This document shows positions 1-11,758 of a stretch of 64,000 bases of DNA, one piece after another. The notes beneath the pieces were generated by a model. The model saw only the letters and a list, made by a program, of their open reading frames with translations. It had not been told where the DNA came from and searched no databases. Position numbers and translations under genes: made by a program. This DNA comes from Diadema antillarum. Its lineage: Eukaryota. Numbering within the stretch: position 1 is the stretch's first letter; each line of letters starts with the position of its first letter. The stretch spans positions 5,518,001-5,582,000 of the forward strand of contig NW_027270918.1 in the NCBI RefSeq assembly GCF_040938485.1, written 5' to 3'.

Positions 1-1369
1 TGTCATTATTTCCTTTTTTGTGACATTTGTTTTCAACGTAAAGGGGATGGCTAGTAACTGATCAGTGGGAATCAGTGAGAATGCTGGGGGATGATTGTTC
101 CAATCCTTGTGGGATTCATTTAAGAGTATATTATATATCTGTTGTTGTGTGAAAATTATTTGCTTCAGAATGGTCTCATATTCAAGTAATGTGCAGTTTA
201 AGGCCCGTCACTGTACAGACATGCTAACCTGGAAATATTCCCACTGATCACTTACTAGCCATCTCCTTTCAATGCATAAATGCTTGCAAGTAGGCCCAGA
301 CATGAATTTCGCAATTACATCTTGCGACTTTACCACAATATGCACGCAGTTTTTGATCGTTGTGTAGTTAGAAAGAAGTGTTTTAGGGATATGTAGACAT
401 CAAACTTTATCTTTACCACATGTTGCTTACTTCGTAATGTGGGTCATTTGTAAAATGTCAACAGCACAGCATGATCACGTCGTTTTGGCGTCAAGTGTGT
501 GGCTTATATACCCTATAAAGAACATATGTTTTCTCACAAATATGACATCAAAGGAATCACAAGTCGATATTTGGCGCAGAATTCCTGAGATAGTATTTTG
601 ATATTAGTATCAAGTCCCACATAATATAGTACTAAAGCAGGTCTTCATTATGAAGGGATGCATTATTTGTCACAAAAACAGAACAAACGTATTTCTTCGG
701 CATTTATTTTCTTATTATTATTTTTTTACTTTTTTTTGTAATTCGTTAACAAATATGTTCCTTCTTTGTGTAATACCATGGACAACTGATTTGGTGTCAC
801 TCAATAAGAATAGACCAAAGTTATGTACGAAACGCTTCCCTAGACGAGGGCTTTAACAAATGTAAATCAATGAGCTTGGTGGCTAGATCTGCTTTGCCGC
901 TGTTAGCTCTTAGATAGCGGAATCGGTTGACCTGAATCTATTTACAGACTCGGCGTTGTTACCCGTTTTCTTCAAATACATTGCGTTGATGTTTCTTTGG
1001 ACAGAGGGTTCGCAGTATTCGTTCGCTAGATTTTTGGAATAAATGCCCATTCTGCATTCTTAGAATCTGTATCATGGACTGTTCGTGCACTTCTTTCACT
1101 CCTCGACTTGAGGATAAATGTCAAGGGAAGCAGCATTGTGTTGTACTTCAGAGTATCTTCAAATATTTTACTTTCACATTGAATGCAGAAATCCTTACGC
1201 CGCTTTCTCTACTCTATGTGGAATATAACGTAAAGTAAAATCTTAAAGAGAAACATAAGATTGAAAACGTTTCTGAAACGCGATCGTGATGATCGTCATC
1301 GAAAATTTTTGCTTCACAGTAGTCGTAAGTATTAGGCAATTACAAATTACACCATTCTATTCTGCAGCA

Positions 1370-1378
1370 TATATAAAG
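1370..1378 (+). promoter_or_regulatory. TATA box of GPCR A1 (TATATAAAG)
   Basis: TATATAAAGAAGCTGA lies about 135-155 nt upstream of the ATG in all three clade A genes (1370, 7930, 26776). Confidence 0.6.
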
Positions 1379-1505
1379 AAGCTGAAGAGATGGTCTACTA
1401 AAATTCGGGAAGTAGAGCTTTTCTGGAATATAAGTTTTCTCCAATGTGACCGCTCGTTGATATTGTAGGTACATTTGGTTCGTGAAGACCTGATCATCAC
1501 CAGAT

Positions 1506-2351
1506 ATGATGGCACTCACAACGTATTCCAATACCATTTTTTCGGTGGATGCCAACCTCGTGAATGTTACCGGGGCACAAGTGGCCCCTTCAACCAACAC
1601 CAAAATTCATACACTTATTTTGCCCTCCGTGTTCACAGGTTCGATAATTGCCGCAAACGTTTTAACGCTAGTAGCATTTTCTGTCGAAAAACGACTTCGA
1701 ACCTACAACAACTACTTCATCATCAACCTGTCCATTCTCGATTTCCTTGTTGGTTTGCATCTAATCGGCAGCGTTGTTCATACCTACATTGGTTACTATC
1801 CTCTCAACCAGTCGTTTTGTAAAATACTGAGCGGAATCGGGCAAGCGGTAACCAATGCCTCCAATTTCGTGGTCGTAATCATCTGTGTAGACCGACATCG
1901 TGCAACCTACGATCCGATCAACCACTTCATGTCTCGCCGCAAACGCAAAGCTATCTTTTTCAATTCTCTGGCCTGGTTGGTGGCATTCAGTTTCCGGATG
2001 ACATATGTGACGGCATGGGAGTTCATTGTCGATTTCGAGAACGGACGGGCTTGTCTTCGTCGATACACAAGATTACCAGGAGCATCGATCGTCGACACGA
2101 TTTTCATGTTTTACATGCCCTTTGCAGTCATTTCCGTGCTATATCTTCGTATCCTGAGAAAAATAAGACAAACTCGAAACAGGAAGAACGTCCCAAGAAA
2201 ATTTGTTTCTAACGCTGATGGGAGCAAGAAACATGTAACAATGACAAATGTCACGAAAGTAAACGCATCATCGACTTCGAGTTCCTCCGACACCAATGTT
2301 TCGACTCAGTTTGTGGCAGGCAAGAGCATTCAGAGAAGTTCACTCAAGAAG
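1506..2351 (+). CDS. GPCR A1 exon 1 (N-term to ICL3); class A orphan GPCR, muscarinic/histamine H3-like; 382 aa with exon 2
   Basis: TM1 AN, RLRTYNNYFIINLSILD (TM2 D2.50), C3.25, DRH (DRY variant), W4.50, ECL2 Cys, TM5 FYMP. The ORF runs past donor AAG|GTGAGA at 2351/2352 (phase 0), which is conserved in A2 and A3. Confidence 0.92.
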
Positions 2352-3165
2352 GTGAGAAGCGTGGAGGAGGAGAAGCTGACAAGTTGTAAGACATCAAATG
2401 TATTTCTCTGACAACAAAACCAGAAGAAATGTAGATATGGGGATACAGTTTTATGCTAAGAAAAAAAAAGACCCCACAGTATTATGAAAGGACTTTCCTG
2501 CTGTCTGATTTAAGTTTGAAAGTGGTTAGGTATCTATATGAACTTTGAAAGAAAGATATTTTTCAGAGGGGTGAAGGTTCAGGTGTGAGTTTCTTCACTT
2601 TGTCTCCCTCTACAAATTAAATTTGTTAAGGTCCAAGTGCTGATCTGTAAATTAAGAAATTAACAAATCAACAATGTCGGAAAAAAAGGAACCTTGTTTT
2701 CTGTTACGTGCCTGACAGCACAGAAAACTCGGAACTATTTATACAGAAATGTGTATCGTCATACTCGTAGATATCCATATATCATAAAAATATAAAGTGC
2801 CTGTACAGTGCGTATAAAAAAAGGTAATCCAACTTTGGAGGACTACCATTTCTTAATTGTCAGCTACGGAGAGCTCAATGTTAGTTGTGAGGAAAGAAGA
2901 ACTCTTCTTCTTTCCATTGGTGCCTAATTATGTTGACAAATATCACGCATGACTGAGCACATGAACTTTAAAGACAACAATGACAAACTACCCTTTTTCC
3001 AAGTTTGAGTGTCACATGAAGGAGCAATGCATGTCTCACTGAATGGATAAAATCTGTCAATGAAAGTGCCTAATTCTAATTTTCATCGATATTGAAAAAA
3101 GAGAGCTAGTTTGTGGTGTTCCTGTGTTATTGCTCTAGTTTTGTTCATCTTTCCACGTGAACAAG

Positions 3166-3468
3166 GTAAATCATGAGGCAGCATCCGAGACGAGGAAGGC
3201 AACACGTACTCTGCTCTTCATTGTCCTGTCTTTCGTGATTTCGTGGTTACCATACAACATCATCCAACTCATCTACGCCATCGAACCTAGCCTAATCTGG
3301 CCTGGCCTACCCCGCTCAGCAAGACTATTCTTCAGTCTGTTGCCGTTCGGCAACAGCCTTCTGAACCCCATCTCCTACGCGATCACCCAACCACTTCTAA
3401 GGGCTACACTCAGAAACATGCTGTGCTGCTGCTGTAAGAGAGACCCCTCTCTCACCGTAACAGTCTGA
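3166..3468 (+). CDS. GPCR A1 exon 2 (TM6, TM7, helix 8, CCCC tail)
   Basis: Acceptor AAG|GTAAAT in phase 0; SWLPYN (CWxP variant), NPISY (NPxxY), stop TGA. Confidence 0.9.
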   Translation, partial: VNHEAASETRKATRTLLFIVLSFVISWLPYNIIQLIYAIEPSLIWPGLPRSARLFFSLLPFGNSLLNPISYAITQPLLRATLRNMLCCCCKRDPSLTVTV

Positions 3469-4354
3469 TGCTAATAGCATGATTAACCAAAATCCAATGG
3501 TCCTATCATGCCCCAATGACCCTCCTCTTACACCCCCTTCCCTCTTCTTCCTCAGACCTGTAACTAGAGTTACACAGGGAAGGTGTTTAAAATAGGAAAT
3601 AGTGGACTTTTCTACGGGAGCGAAGCGACCGAACGTAGCAGGGTCTTGCACGAATTTGTTCAATCTGGGGTAGACGTGTGTAGCGGGAGAGCGCAGCAAT
3701 TGAATGGAACTGAAAACTGCACTGTACTGGACATGGGGAGGAGTGAATTGTTTTGTGAAAAAAAAACTTTGATTAAAAAGACGACACTTTGGTTATGTCT
3801 TTACATTGCAAAATAAAATTAATAAAACAAGTTTGTTTGTTTCTTATTACAGCATGATGCTTTCATTTTCTGATAAATCTATTTGAAAATGTAATATCCA
3901 ACCGTGGCGACCGAGTAGGGGGAAGATGAGGAATCTGCATTTTTGGAATTGAAATTCAACAATCTAGTGCACACATTCTGTGAAACACCTAGACAATTTT
4001 TAATACAAAAAAGGATGACAATATATTGGTTATTGTTCACATTTGCGAAAACAAAATAAAAACAAACGAATTTTTCAATTATCTTATTCAGGGCCCTACT
4101 AATAAGTTGTTTTAAAATGTAATATCTGCGTCAGAGCAGGGGGGGGGGTCCCTCCACCTCCCCCGCAACACACATATAAACGCGAGGGTTTTTTCTCTTT
4201 TACAATTTAAGTTCGACGATATGCGCACTTTAGGTGGAATATTCCATTTTTTGAAAATTTTCAGGCATGTGTATGTGTATGTGCATGTGTATGTGTATGT
4301 GTATGTGTACGTGTATACATGTGAAAGCGTATACTTCATGTAACCATCCGATTC

Positions 4355-4525
4355 GATTGAATGAAAACTGTATACTTTCAATGATTAGCTTGTACGGTAC
4401 ATGTATCGTTGTATTGTGTTATAAAGTCATATATAATTAATGTATTGTAGTAATGTTACGTAAGTGAGGGGACTGCAATCTACAAGTTCGCTTTTTAGCA
4501 GCTCCTCAATTTTCATTTCCATGAA
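4355..4525 (+). mobile_element. 3' fragment of the SINE family seen at 24097-24535
   Basis: Colinear similarity to about 24295-24455 (aaa.tgtatact.caatgatta.cttgt.cggtacatgta ... gtgaggggactg ... caattttcattt). Confidence 0.55.
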
Positions 4526-5368
4526 GTTCTTTTAAGAGCCAATATGTATTATCATGTTCCAATATATGAAATCATGTCCAAGTGTATTACCTATGTTTGA
4601 TTGGAAATGAAAAAAAAAAACATGCATGTGAACATGCATGCGTGTGAAATGAATGAAAATGATATGTAATGATATACATCGATCATTCATTAAAATTGCA
4701 AAAAAGGGACAAACAAAGCGATAATATTCTTTCATTGCTGCCTGATGTGAAAAAAACAAAAGAATCGATTTTCTTCATTCATTAGAGAAGAAAATGACAA
4801 ACAACAAACAAACACATACCAGATAAAGAATACAATTGCTGCCAAAAAAAAAAATAGACAGCAATTATAGAAAACTTTCAGAGTATCATGACAAGTTGTA
4901 TTTACAGGGAGTATACCTGAACTTATAGGCCGAAAAAGATTTTTCAAGTTTTGTGATATATTCTTTTCATTATTTTTCAGAGCCATGCACGTACTGATCG
5001 ATCAATTTCTTTTTGAGTATTTGAATAATCTGCCGTAAAGCATGCCACGCTGTATTACAAGTGAATTTCTCTTCGTTAGCTCTTGAATGTTGTCTTTGAA
5101 ATGTATAGAAGCAAAATCAAATGTCATCGAACTCTTTGCAATACGCATTTGCGTTTGTTTGTTTTTTTTTTTTGGTCAAAATTGCCTTTGTCTTGTACCA
5201 ATTGCTTTCAAATGCCTACTTGCAAGCATAAAGTAGGCCCAGACAAATTTTGCAATGACATCTTGCGACTTTACCATAATGTGCACGCAGTCTTTGATTG
5301 TTGTGTAATTAGAATGAAGGGTTTTAGAGATACTAAGCCATCAAATGATATCTTTCATTGTCTTTACC

Positions 5369-6937
5369 GTTACAGCTCGTTATTCCGAAGGTTTTCTAGT
5401 CCGAATGTTTGTTATTCCGAAGGTTCGTTAATCCGGAAATGAAACAAAGCTCTCTATTCCGAAGGTTCGTTACGGACCCTATATCATTTCGGATCAACGA
5501 CATTTCTTATTGTAACATCATATGGGCAAATTCGATTTATGGCAATGATACCATATTCAAATTGCAAAAGAAAGCTATTCGTATATGTGCAAATGCTGGT
5601 TATTATGATCACACAGATGCCCCTTTTTTCTCTTTTAAGATTTTAAAGGTAAACGATATTCATATTTTACAAAACGCACTTTTCATGTCCGTTTCAATAC
5701 TAATTCATTACCGTGTTCATTCGAATTATGTTCCATCCAAATGCAGAAATTCATTGGTATCCAACAAGGCAAGCAACAGACGTGCACTTATGTAACCCCA
5801 AAACACTCTTAGTCCATAAATCCATTAGACATACTGGCCCAGATATTTGGAATAAATTACAGTACCTCCTGAATTACGTAACGTCAAGTCCATATATTCA
5901 TTCAAAAAAGCAATTAAGAACATGTTGATCACACAGTACCAGCACGATCAGTGATGTACTTTGGCGTTGCAGAAACCCTACCCTTTTCATAAGTGATCAT
6001 TCTTTATCCCTGGCTATTGTAGTTTGTTCTTGAGACTCGGCACATACGGGACACTCCTCCCACATACGTCTTTGTCTCTAATGTCTATTATTCTTGTTAT
6101 GTCGGGCAAGTTATACTCTTCTATACGCCCTAGTAGGGCGCTGAACTGTGTATACTTCGTAGTTGTTCTTACTTCTCTTCTATTAATTCAATGTAACCTT
6201 TATTCGAAAATAGCAACACTGTTTCATGTCTATTTGTGCGTGAAATGTGAATTCATTACCGTAATCTATAATCATGTACATGTGTATGTATTTATTGTGA
6301 GTTTGATCTGGCAGGCCTGGTATCGGAAGGTTTCTATCACCCTCTCTTTCTTGCTCTTTCTGTCTCTCCTATTATTCCTCTTATCCACGAGCATCATGCT
6401 GAATCCCCCTTTCTCTAACGTAACGTATTGTATCATCGGTTGCCAAAGGGTCAAGCTTATAGCTTATTATTGGCGGCCGTTCTGTATGGTATTTCATAAT
6501 ACATGTATTGTAATTTTGTCACAAATGTATTTGTAATCACAATTGTTGAAACTAGCTATAAACGAGTCTCATATTTGTATATCATTATGTTTGATTATGT
6601 TGAAAAGGTGTATATGATGCCATACGGAGAATGAATAAATCAAATCAAATCAAATCAAATCTTAATAACCTTCGGAATAACGAACCCTATTTCACTTTCG
6701 GATTAACGAACCTTCGGAATAACGAACCCTATTTCATTTTAGGATAAACGAGCCTTCGGAATAGCGAACCCTATTTCACTTTCGAATTAACGAACCTTCG
6801 GAATAACGCCACGAATGTTCGGATTAACGAACCCTTTTTCATTCTCGGATTAACGAACCTCTAAGTATAGGGAATTTACGTGTTTCGGATTAACAAACCT
6901 TCGCAATAACGAACCTTCGGAATAACGAACAGCACCC
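5369..6937. mobile_element. Foldback/MITE-like element built of TTCGGA(A/T)TAACGAACC units, interrupted by a LINE fragment
   Basis: The left part carries units as GGTTCGTTATTCCGAA and the right part as their reverse complement. It is flanked by near-direct 9-mers gtctttacc/gtcttgacc and is absent from the paralogous site at about 420. Other copies lie at 16444-16757 and about 60140-60270. Confidence 0.7.
5501..6661 (+). mobile_element. 5'-truncated CR1/L2 (Crack-like) LINE: ORF2 C-terminal remnant, 3'UTR and (CAAAT)n tail
   Basis: ISYCNIIWA...LQKKAIRI...IHILQNALFM and TGPDIWNKL are homologous to the ORF2 C-terminus at 29175-29714 (frameshifted). It ends GAATAAAT(CAAAT)4 and splits a repeat unit between AACGA and ACCTTC. 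Confidence 0.85.
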
Positions 6938-7929
6938 GTCTTGACCACATTTTGCTTACTTCTAAATGTGTGCCGTTTGCAAAATGTCCACAACACATCA
7001 TGATAATGTCGCTTGGGCTTCAAGTACGTTTGGCTTATATATCCAATAATTAAGGGACATCTGTTTTTCTCATAAATATGACTTTGAAGACATCAAAGTA
7101 ATCACACGTCGATATTCCTGAGATACTGTCTTAATATTAGTATCAACTCCCATATGATAATTTTGAGTACTAAATGGTGTCTTCTTTATGAAGGAATGCG
7201 GTTACTGAAATATTAGTTCATCAAACACAGTACCAAATCATTATTTCTTCGGCAGCTATTTTATATTATATCTTTCTTTCTTTTTTATTTCTTTGTCATT
7301 CGTCAACAAATATGCTCCTTCTTTGTGGAATACCATGGACAATTTATTTGGTGTCACTTAATGAGAATAGACCAAAGTTATGTACAAAACGCATCTCCAG
7401 ACGAGGGCTTGAACAACTATAAATCAGCAAGCTTGGTGGCTACGGCTGCTTTGCCGCCATTAGCTCTTAGATAGCGGAATCAGGTGACCTGAATCTATTC
7501 AGAGACTCGGCCTTGTTCTCCGTTTTCTTCAAAATACGTTGCGTTGATGATCCCTTGGATAGAGGGTTCCCAGTATTCGTTCGTTAGATTTGGAATAATG
7601 GGGAATGATTCCCATTCTGCTTTCATGGAATCTGTTTCACGGATTGTTCTAGCACTTCATTCACTCCTCGACTAGTTAGTAAATGTCAAGGGAAGTAGCA
7701 TTGTGCCGCACTTCAGAGTATTTTCAAATATTTTACTTTCACATTGAATTTAGAAATCCGCTTTCTCTATTGCATGTGGAATATTACTTTAAGTAAAATC
7801 TCTAAGAAACATATAAAATTGAAAAAAAAAATCTGAAACGCGATCATGATGATCGTCATTGAAAATTTTTTGCCTCACAGAAGTCGTAAAGATTAGGCAA
7901 TTACAAAGACACGATTCTCTTCTTCAGCG

Positions 7930-7938
7930 TATATAAAG
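7930..7938 (+). promoter_or_regulatory. TATA box of GPCR A2
   Basis: Same TATATAAAGAAGCTGA motif as A1 and A3. Confidence 0.6.
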
Positions 7939-8073
7939 AAGCTGAAGAGAGGGTCTACTAAAATTCGAGAAGTGGAGCTTTTCTGGCAATCTGGAATGTA
8001 AGTTTTCTCCAGTGTGACCGCTCGTTGATCTTGTATGTACATTTAGTTCGTGAAGACCTAATCATCACCAGAT

Positions 8074-8922
8074 ATGATGGCAGTCACAACGTATTCCAAT
8101 ACCATTTTTTCGGTGGATGCCAACCTCGTGAATGTTACTGGGGTACAAGCAGTCCCCTCAACCAACACCAAAATTCATACACTTATTTTGCCCTCCGTGT
8201 TCACAGGTTTGATAATTGCCGCAAACATTTTAACACTAGTGGCATTTTCTGTCGAAAAACGACTTCGAACCTACAACAACTACTTCATCATCAACCTGTC
8301 CATTCTCGATCTTCTTGTTGGCTTGCGTCTAATCGGCAGCGTTGTTCATACCTACATTGGTTACTATCCTCTCAACCAGTCGTTTTGTAAGATACTGAGC
8401 GGGATCGGGCAAGCGGTAACCAATGCCTCCAATTTCGTGGTCGTAATCATCTGTGTAGACCGACATCGTGCAACCTACGATCCAATCAACCACTTCATGT
8501 CTCGCAGCCGACGTAAAGCTATCTTTCTCAATTCTCTGGCCTGGTTGGCCGCATTCGGTTTCCGGATGACATATGTGACGGCATGGGAGTTCATTGTCGA
8601 TTTCGACAACGGACGGCATTGTCTTCGTCGATACACAAGCTCACCAGGAGCATCAATCATCAACACGATTTTCATGTTTTACATGCCCTTTGCAGTCATT
8701 TCCGTGCTATATCTTCGTATCCTGAGAAAAATAAGACAAACTCGAAACAGGAAGAACGTCACAAGGAAATTTGTTTCTAACGCTGATGGGAGCAAGAAAC
8801 ACACGACAACAATGGCAAACCTTATGAAAGAAAACGCATCATCGACTCCGAGTTCCTCCGACACCAATGTTTCGACTCAGTTTGTGGCAGGCAAGAGTAT
8901 TCAGAGAAGTTCGCTCAAGAAG
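8074..8922 (+). CDS. GPCR A2 exon 1; 383 aa with exon 2
   Basis: Close paralog of A1 with the same TM1-TM5 motifs; donor AAG|GTGAGA at 8922/8923, phase 0. Confidence 0.92.
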
Positions 8923-9478
8923 GTGAGAAGCGTGGAGAAGGAGAAGCTAACAAGTTGTAAGACGTCAAATATATTTCTCTGACACCAAAACCAGAAGAAA
9001 TGTAGATATGGGGATGCAGTTTTATGACACGAAAAAAAAAAGGAACCCACAGTATTATGTAAGGATTTTCCTGCTGTCTGCTTTAAGTTTGAAAGTGGTT
9101 GAGTATCTATATGAGTCTTGTTTTCTGTTACGTGCCTAACATTATCACAGAAAACTCTATGTACACAGGAATGTGCATCGCCATACTCGCAGATATCCAT
9201 ATATCAGAAAAGTATGGTACCTGTATTAGTTGCCCTATTGAAGTGTGAAATTAGTGTTCATGAACTGCCATGTTTACATTGCACGGAGATTACGTTTACT
9301 GTAATGGTTAATTTTTACTTTTACTATTTTGTATTTAGATGTTTCGAAGTGATTCGTGGCTTCGTAATGTCCCGGAGTCTAGTTCTAATTTTCATCGAGA
9401 TTGAAAAAAACAGGAGAGCTAGTTTGTGGACTTAATGTGTTGTTGATATAGTTTTCCTTATCTCTTTACGTGAATAAG

Positions 9479-9781
9479 GTAAATCACGAGGCAGCATCCG
9501 AGACGAGGAAGGCAACACGTACTCTGCTCTTCATTGTCCTGTCTTTCGTGATTTCGTGGTTACCACACAACATCATCCAACTCATCTACGCCATCGAACC
9601 TGGCCTAATTGTTCCCGGCCTACCCCGTTCAGTAAGAATATTCTTTAGTTGGTTGGCGTTCGGCAACAGCCTTCTGAACCCCATCTCCTACGCGATCACC
9701 CAACCACTTCTAAGAGCTACACTCAGAAACATGCTGTGCTGCTGCTGTAAGAGAGACCCCTCTCTCACCGTAACAGTCTGA
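9479..9781 (+). CDS. GPCR A2 exon 2
   Basis: Acceptor AAG|GTAAAT; SWLPHN, NPISY, CCCC tail. Confidence 0.9.
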   Translation, partial: VNHEAASETRKATRTLLFIVLSFVISWLPHNIIQLIYAIEPGLIVPGLPRSVRIFFSWLAFGNSLLNPISYAITQPLLRATLRNMLCCCCKRDPSLTVTV

Positions 9782-11184
9782 TGTTTATAGATTGATTAAC
9801 CAAAGTCCAGTAGTTCTAACTTGCCCCAATTAATGTCCCCCCCCCCCTTCCCTCGCCTTCTTCAGCCCTCCTCAGACCTGTCTAGAGTTACACAGGGAAG
9901 GTGTTTAAAATAGGAAAAAGTGGACTTTTCTACGGGAGCGAAGCGACCGAACGGAGGAGTCGGGTCCTTTGCGAATTTGTTCAATCTGGGGTAGACGTGT
10001 GAGCGGGAGAGCGTAAATATCGAACGGAACTGAAAAACCGAACGGATCTGAACAGGGGGAGGAGTGAAATTTTTGTGAAAAAAAAATCTTTGATTAAAAA
10101 AAGTAAGACAACACTTTGGTCTTATTGGTTATTTCTTTACATTGCAATATAAAACTAAGAAAACAAGTTTAGTTTGGTTTTTTATTGCAGCATGATGCTT
10201 TCATTTTCTGATAGAATTATTTGAAAACGTAATATCCAATCGCGGCAACCGAGTAGGGGGAAGATAAGGAACCTGCATTTTTCGAAATGAAATTCAACAA
10301 TCTGGTGCACACTTTTGGAGAAACACCTAGAAAATTTTTCAATGCAAAACGAATGACAATACATTGGTTACTGAAAACTCAATAAAAAAGAAACATAATC
10401 TTTAAATTAGCTTATTCAGATCCCTGCTAATCAAGTTGTTTAAAAGGGTAATATCTGAGTGCTGCCTCCGAGAGGGGGAGGGGTGGGGGGAGGGTGTGGT
10501 ATCCCTCCTACGCCTCCTCGACACTCATGAACTATACACGCTGGGGCTTTTTCGTTTTTACGATTTCAATTCGATGATATGCTGCGCACACTAGGTAGAA
10601 TATTCGGAAAATTATGTTACTCATTTAAATTGCAAAAAAAGAAAAAAGAAAAGAAAAAACTAAGCAAGAATATTTCTTTCATCGTTGCCTGCTGTGAAGA
10701 AAAACATCGATTTTCTTCAATCACCCCTGCTCACGAGCGACATTTCATACACTTTTAGGACGTCCAGTCATCACATAGAAATAATGTGCTAACGCCACAT
10801 TCGTTTCTATAAAGCAAGATAGGTGTTTATGAATAAATACACTTGTAGTGGTAATTGTGAATATCATAAAATTTTTCCTTTGTCTACTGTCCGGCATGAT
10901 GTAAGAAATAGAATCGATGTACGTGGAATATCATTCACAGCTTTGCCCTTACCTAGAGTTCACAACCACAAGCTTATGTTCTTTGTCAAACACTTGTATC
11001 ACTTGTATTATAATGTCATTTTGCAGCACCGTCAAAACGGAATTCCTTTGTGGTTATGTAAATGTTTTTTTTTTCTAAAGCAGCCAGAATTGATATGTTG
11101 TACATCAATCTGTCTAGAGATACGTTGCTATTAGAAAAAAATGCAATGTAGTAACAAGGGAATGGCAAATCTGAATCGCAAACT

Positions 11185-11187
<3 letters not shown>

Positions 11188-11227
<40 letters not shown>

Positions 11228-11344
11228 TAATATGTAAATAATATGTAAATGTATATATATTATACATAGAATGCATATGAATAAATATACATACATATTA
11301 TTAATACATATATACTGTACATACATATAATATATATCTAGGTG

Positions 11345-11376
<32 letters not shown>

Positions 11377-11714
11377 ATGTATATAATATCTATATATGTA
11401 TATATATATATCAGGGCTCCACACTAACTTTTTCATTTGGTGACCCGACGGGGCCACCAAAATCATCAATTCAAAATTTTGGGTGGCCAGAGAGAAAAAT
11501 TTGGTGGCCCGAAAAAACAATAAAAACATTAAAAGTCCTTTTTGTTTATGAGTGAGAAATTTAAGTTTTATCACAGTAAGAATTGGAAGCTGGACATATT
11601 CTTATCTACTCTACTCGAGGCGGGCCACCAAATTTGCCCTTTTTTAGATTTGGTGGCCCGACTTTCATTTTTGGTGGCCCCGGGCCACCGGGCCACCGTT
11701 AGTGTCAAACCTTT

Positions 11715-11758
<44 letters not shown>

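Noticed and set aside
780-1140. Degraded protein-coding relic on the minus strand upstream of clade A genes
   Set aside because: Every frame has multiple stops and no motif I can recognise. It is kept only as a conserved non-coding block.
1475-1822. Alternative-frame ORF overlapping A1 exon 1 (and 8025-8390 over A2)
   Set aside because: It starts at GTG/TTG, is shared only because A1 and A2 are recent duplicates, has no counterpart in A3, and shows no recognisable domain.
2352-2411. Reading exon 1 ORFs as complete single-exon genes, or exon 2 ORFs from their track starts
   Set aside because: The products would lack TM6-7 or TM1-5. Conserved phase-0 donors and acceptors join them into complete 7TM proteins.
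6024-6536. 170-aa hydrophobic ORF
   Set aside because: It lies in the T-rich 3'UTR of a truncated LINE, starts at TTG, and has low-complexity composition.
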